NCBI RefSeq assembly: GCF_038025025.1
Contig: NW_027117340.1
Span: forward strand, 930,001 to 994,000
Source of the DNA: Phyllosticta citribraziliensis
Taxonomy: Eukaryota
DNA: 64,000 nucleotides
Reading direction: 5' to 3'
Shown here: positions 60,871 through 64,000 of the stretch, in pieces
Layout: each line of letters starts with the position of its first letter
How positions within the stretch are numbered: the first letter of the stretch is position 1
Notes under the pieces: generated by a model
Told to the model about the DNA's origin: nothing
Database searches by the model: none
The model's input: only the letters and a program-made list of their open reading frames with translations
Position numbers and translations under genes: made by a program

Positions 60871-62372
60871 CTAGCCCGTTGCCTCAACCTTCTCCCACGC
60901 CACGCTATCCTTGAGCTGCGGCTCCGCGTCCACCGCGCCCGCTGGTCCCCCTGGGCGGATCCCCAGCATCCTCCTAACCAGCCCACTCGGCATCCATTTG
61001 CCCACAATATCGTACGCCACGCTTCCCCGCCCGACTCTCCACACATGCTGTGCTCGCTTCCGTGTCAGGCAGTCGAAGACAGCGTTGTGCAGCTCTCGCA
61101 GCGAACTGCCCTTGGCCACACTGCCGTTGTCGGCAAACAGCCCCCTGCTTGCCGCAATCCGGCTCTGCGTCACGTAGTTTTCCGCGTACAGCATCCGCGT
61201 CGCCGCAGGCCAAGCATGTGGTTGCCCTCCACGCGCGCTCTGCAGCGTCTGTTTGGTTCCTACCCCACTGCAGTCAAAGGTCCCGAGCTTGATGTGACAC
61301 ATGTCGATGCCGATCGTCTCCAGTTCACCGCTCAGCGACGATGCGAAACCCTCGAGCGCCCCGACAATCGTGCTCTGAACACTGTGGAAGGGCGGTTTCA
61401 GCGACGACACGATGCTCGGCGTCAGGAGCACCACACGTGACTTGAACTGGCACACGACCGGCAGGAATGCTTGCGTTGTCGCTATCGTATTGAGCACTTT
61501 GGCATTTAGTGCATCCGACCAATATTCCGGGGCAATGGTTTCGACTGGTCCAGACGTGTAAATGAGGTCGGGCACATGCACCAGACCTGCAAAGTTCATC
61601 CTGTGTGCAGACGCCCCTGGGAATGCGTGATGTGGACTGAGCAAGGTGTTGGTGAAGCGCTCGATTGTGTACTGTGCATCAAGCGGCTGTGCCACGTCAG
61701 TCTTGACCATCGAGTGATACCGTCGCCCATCTTACATTTGCAATATCCAGAAGCAGGGGCCGGACAGCGAATTCGCCCTGGAGCTGCTGCTCTTCTTCCG
61801 GCGACGACACGACGACGTAGACGATGAAGCCACGACGTTCTAGATCCGCGCATAGCGACTTGGTGATCGGGGAAGCAGGTGGTCCCGCGATGACTGAGCT
61901 TGATGAGCACAATTCCTCCCGCGGCACGACGATCCGACATACCAACCACTTCGGTGCGCGCGCCATTACTTGCGCGCCTTGCCCTACGTTTCCTGGTATA
62001 TGATTTCTTTTGCTGGTACATTACGAAAGTGCCTGTGCCAATAAACGCAATGATTGCGGCAGTGATGGCGCGATTTCTTGATATCCAGTCCTGTGCGCGC
62101 TCCAGGTAGCTCGACGAAGCGCTCACCACAGCGCGGGGCGGTGGCGATGGGCGTGCGGATCTGGGGAGCCATGTCGAATTTGCGAGCGTTTCCCGTATAG
62201 ACGTGGCTACGGACTCGAAGTGCTTGTCTGTCGCGTCGGCGAGGTCTGCTGAAAATTTCCGAACGTCGCTGGAGACGCCCGCAAGCTGCGATGGCGAGGT
62301 CAGCGCTGCGTAAATTCATGGCGCGGAAGGGAGTCGTACGACATGGAGAAAGTGCTGGTCGTCGCTGGTCAT
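60871..62372 (-). CDS. DUF1776 family protein (SDR-like fold, N-terminal TM anchor)
   Basis: MTSDDQHFL start, a TM helix, RRARRASNGARTEVVVIAG, DLERRGFIVY and LRELHNAVFD. Three introns. Confidence 0.85.
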
Positions 62373-62880
62373 TGTGTCTGCAAGGACTCTGGAGTTAATT
62401 CCTGAGGCGCAGTCGAGCGCGGCGGATAACTAGATGATGGGTGTGTTGGGGCGAGCATCGAAGGCGGACGGGAAGTCCACTTGCGTGGGTGGAGCCTATC
62501 GCGAGGTGATCAAAGCGGAGCAACCTTCGTCATCCGTCACCCAAACTCCGCTTCCAGATTAGCTTCTGATCCCCGACCAGCACGTGAACGCGTAAACCGC
62601 GTGTCTACAACCCAAGCCCCGTTGAGCTGTCGCCATCAAGTCTTGGTCGTTGAAGCCTTGACGAGTCCATTCGTGGCAATGTGAGATTGCTTACGTCGGC
62701 TCCTCTCCAGTCACTTCGCTCTGCCTGAGGTGCCAACCTTTCTTTTGGGCGGCGCCTTCGCGTCGCCCGTTTCACCCTTCTTCTTCACCAGTCTACTGTT
62801 CGACACTTCCGCTTCAACGCTGCTCGTCAAAATTTCCTTTCATCGTCCGTGGCCCGCCTCACAAGCATCCTCGTGTGACC

Positions 62881-64000
62881 ATGGCTCGAGGGCACGAGTT
62901 TGATCCCCTCTTTGGGAACTTTGTGCACCTGCAGCATCTACCGCGGGCCAACGAAGCACAGCTCATGCTTAAGAAGCTTGCGTCTGTCGTCAAGCCCATC
63001 ATGCGCAAAAGAAACTGGAAAGTAGGTCAGCTTGGCGAGTTTCTGCCCGAACAGGCCAATCTGCTAGGTAAGCAAAGCTGCGCCCGACCTGCACTCCATG
63101 CGGCTTCGCTGACGTTGGCGCACAGGCTTGAATGTCAACCACGGCCAAAAAATATGGATTCGGCTTCGCTACCCAAACTCGACAAATCAGTTCATGGAAT
63201 ACGATGTAGTCGCCGACACGCTGCTTCACGAGTAAGTACGAGGTTGGAGTTGCCATAGCCTTTGCCGCTTTCCACCACGACTCGCGCTGTCAATCTCCTC
63301 GACCAGTTGAGGCCTGACTTGATTGCGCGCAAAGTTGCCAGCCGTTTTCAGAAACCTTGACCAGAACTCATCGCGAAGCTCTGCTAATCAAGGCATAGAC
63401 TGTCCCACAATGCCGTGGGCCCTCACAACGCGCAGTTCCACAAGCTGTGGAATGAACTGCGAGAAGAATACTGGGCTCTCAAGCGTCAAGGCTATACGGG
63501 AGAGGGCTTCCTTTCGGATGGCAACCGACTCGGCGGACGTCGCATACCTCTCCACGAAGCTCGCAGGCAAGCTCGCATTGCCGCTGAGAAGCGCAAGACA
63601 TTGAACACCGGCTCAGGCCAGAAGGTGGGTGGCAGGCCTGTCACTCGAGGAACCGAAATGCGCAAAGTGATCGCGGAGGCTGCTTCACGCCGCACCGAAA
63701 TAACAAAGGGATGCGGTCACGGTGATCGTGATGCAGAGAAGAGAGCAGAAGAGGAAGCGAAGAGGCTAGGATTCAGCACGAAGGCCGAGATGGAAGATGC
63801 CAACCAAATCGCCATCGCCATCGCCATGATGGAAGGAGAGCAAGACGCAGACCGAGCAGTCCTCCAGCAAATCGCATCACAGTCGAGAGAGGGATTGACG
63901 TGGTCGCCTGACGGGGGTCTGGAGATGGCTCCTCCACTACCGCCGAACAAGCCATCCAGCGCTCCGCCGTCCATTGCCTCTTCCTCCACCTCCAGCTCTT
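62881..64000 (+). CDS. WSS1: WLM-domain DNA-protein crosslink metalloprotease Wss1 (3' end beyond the window)
   Basis: VKPIMRKRNWKV, LLGLNVN and IRLR. The HELSH zinc motif is formed across intron 63232-63398, followed by GPHNAQFH and GYTGEGFLSDG. The first intron is 63068-63125. Confidence 0.92.

Overview
Eukaryotic, intron-containing DNA from a filamentous ascomycete (Pezizomycotina, probably Dothideomycetes; inferred from short GT-AG introns with CTRAC/CTAAC branch sites and from the gene set). About 20 protein-coding genes can be reconstructed by hand. They include a CorA-like membrane protein, a GPI-anchored Ser/Ala-rich protein, an FAD monooxygenase, a type II haloacid dehalogenase, a large LEA/DUF3659 repeat protein, a GH92 alpha-mannosidase, an IQ-motif protein, SNT2, a GPALPP/DUF3752 protein, NOP14, a citrate-lyase-beta-like enzyme, TVP23, a D-2-hydroxyacid dehydrogenase, a GprM-like GPCR, a Sel1-repeat protein, a DUF1776 protein and WSS1 (cut off by the window end). 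I saw no rRNA, tRNA, CRISPR array or intact transposon. Most of the window is ordinary core genome, and I cannot support a complete new multi-gene system. The best leads are (i) an intronless, bacterial-looking dehalogenase (candidate horizontal transfer) convergent with an FAD monooxygenase, and (ii) a 78-aa three-exon Tyr/Gly/Ser microprotein missed by the ORF track, with an intronless diverged copy of the same domain about 2 kb downstream. All family assignments come from motif recognition, not database searches.
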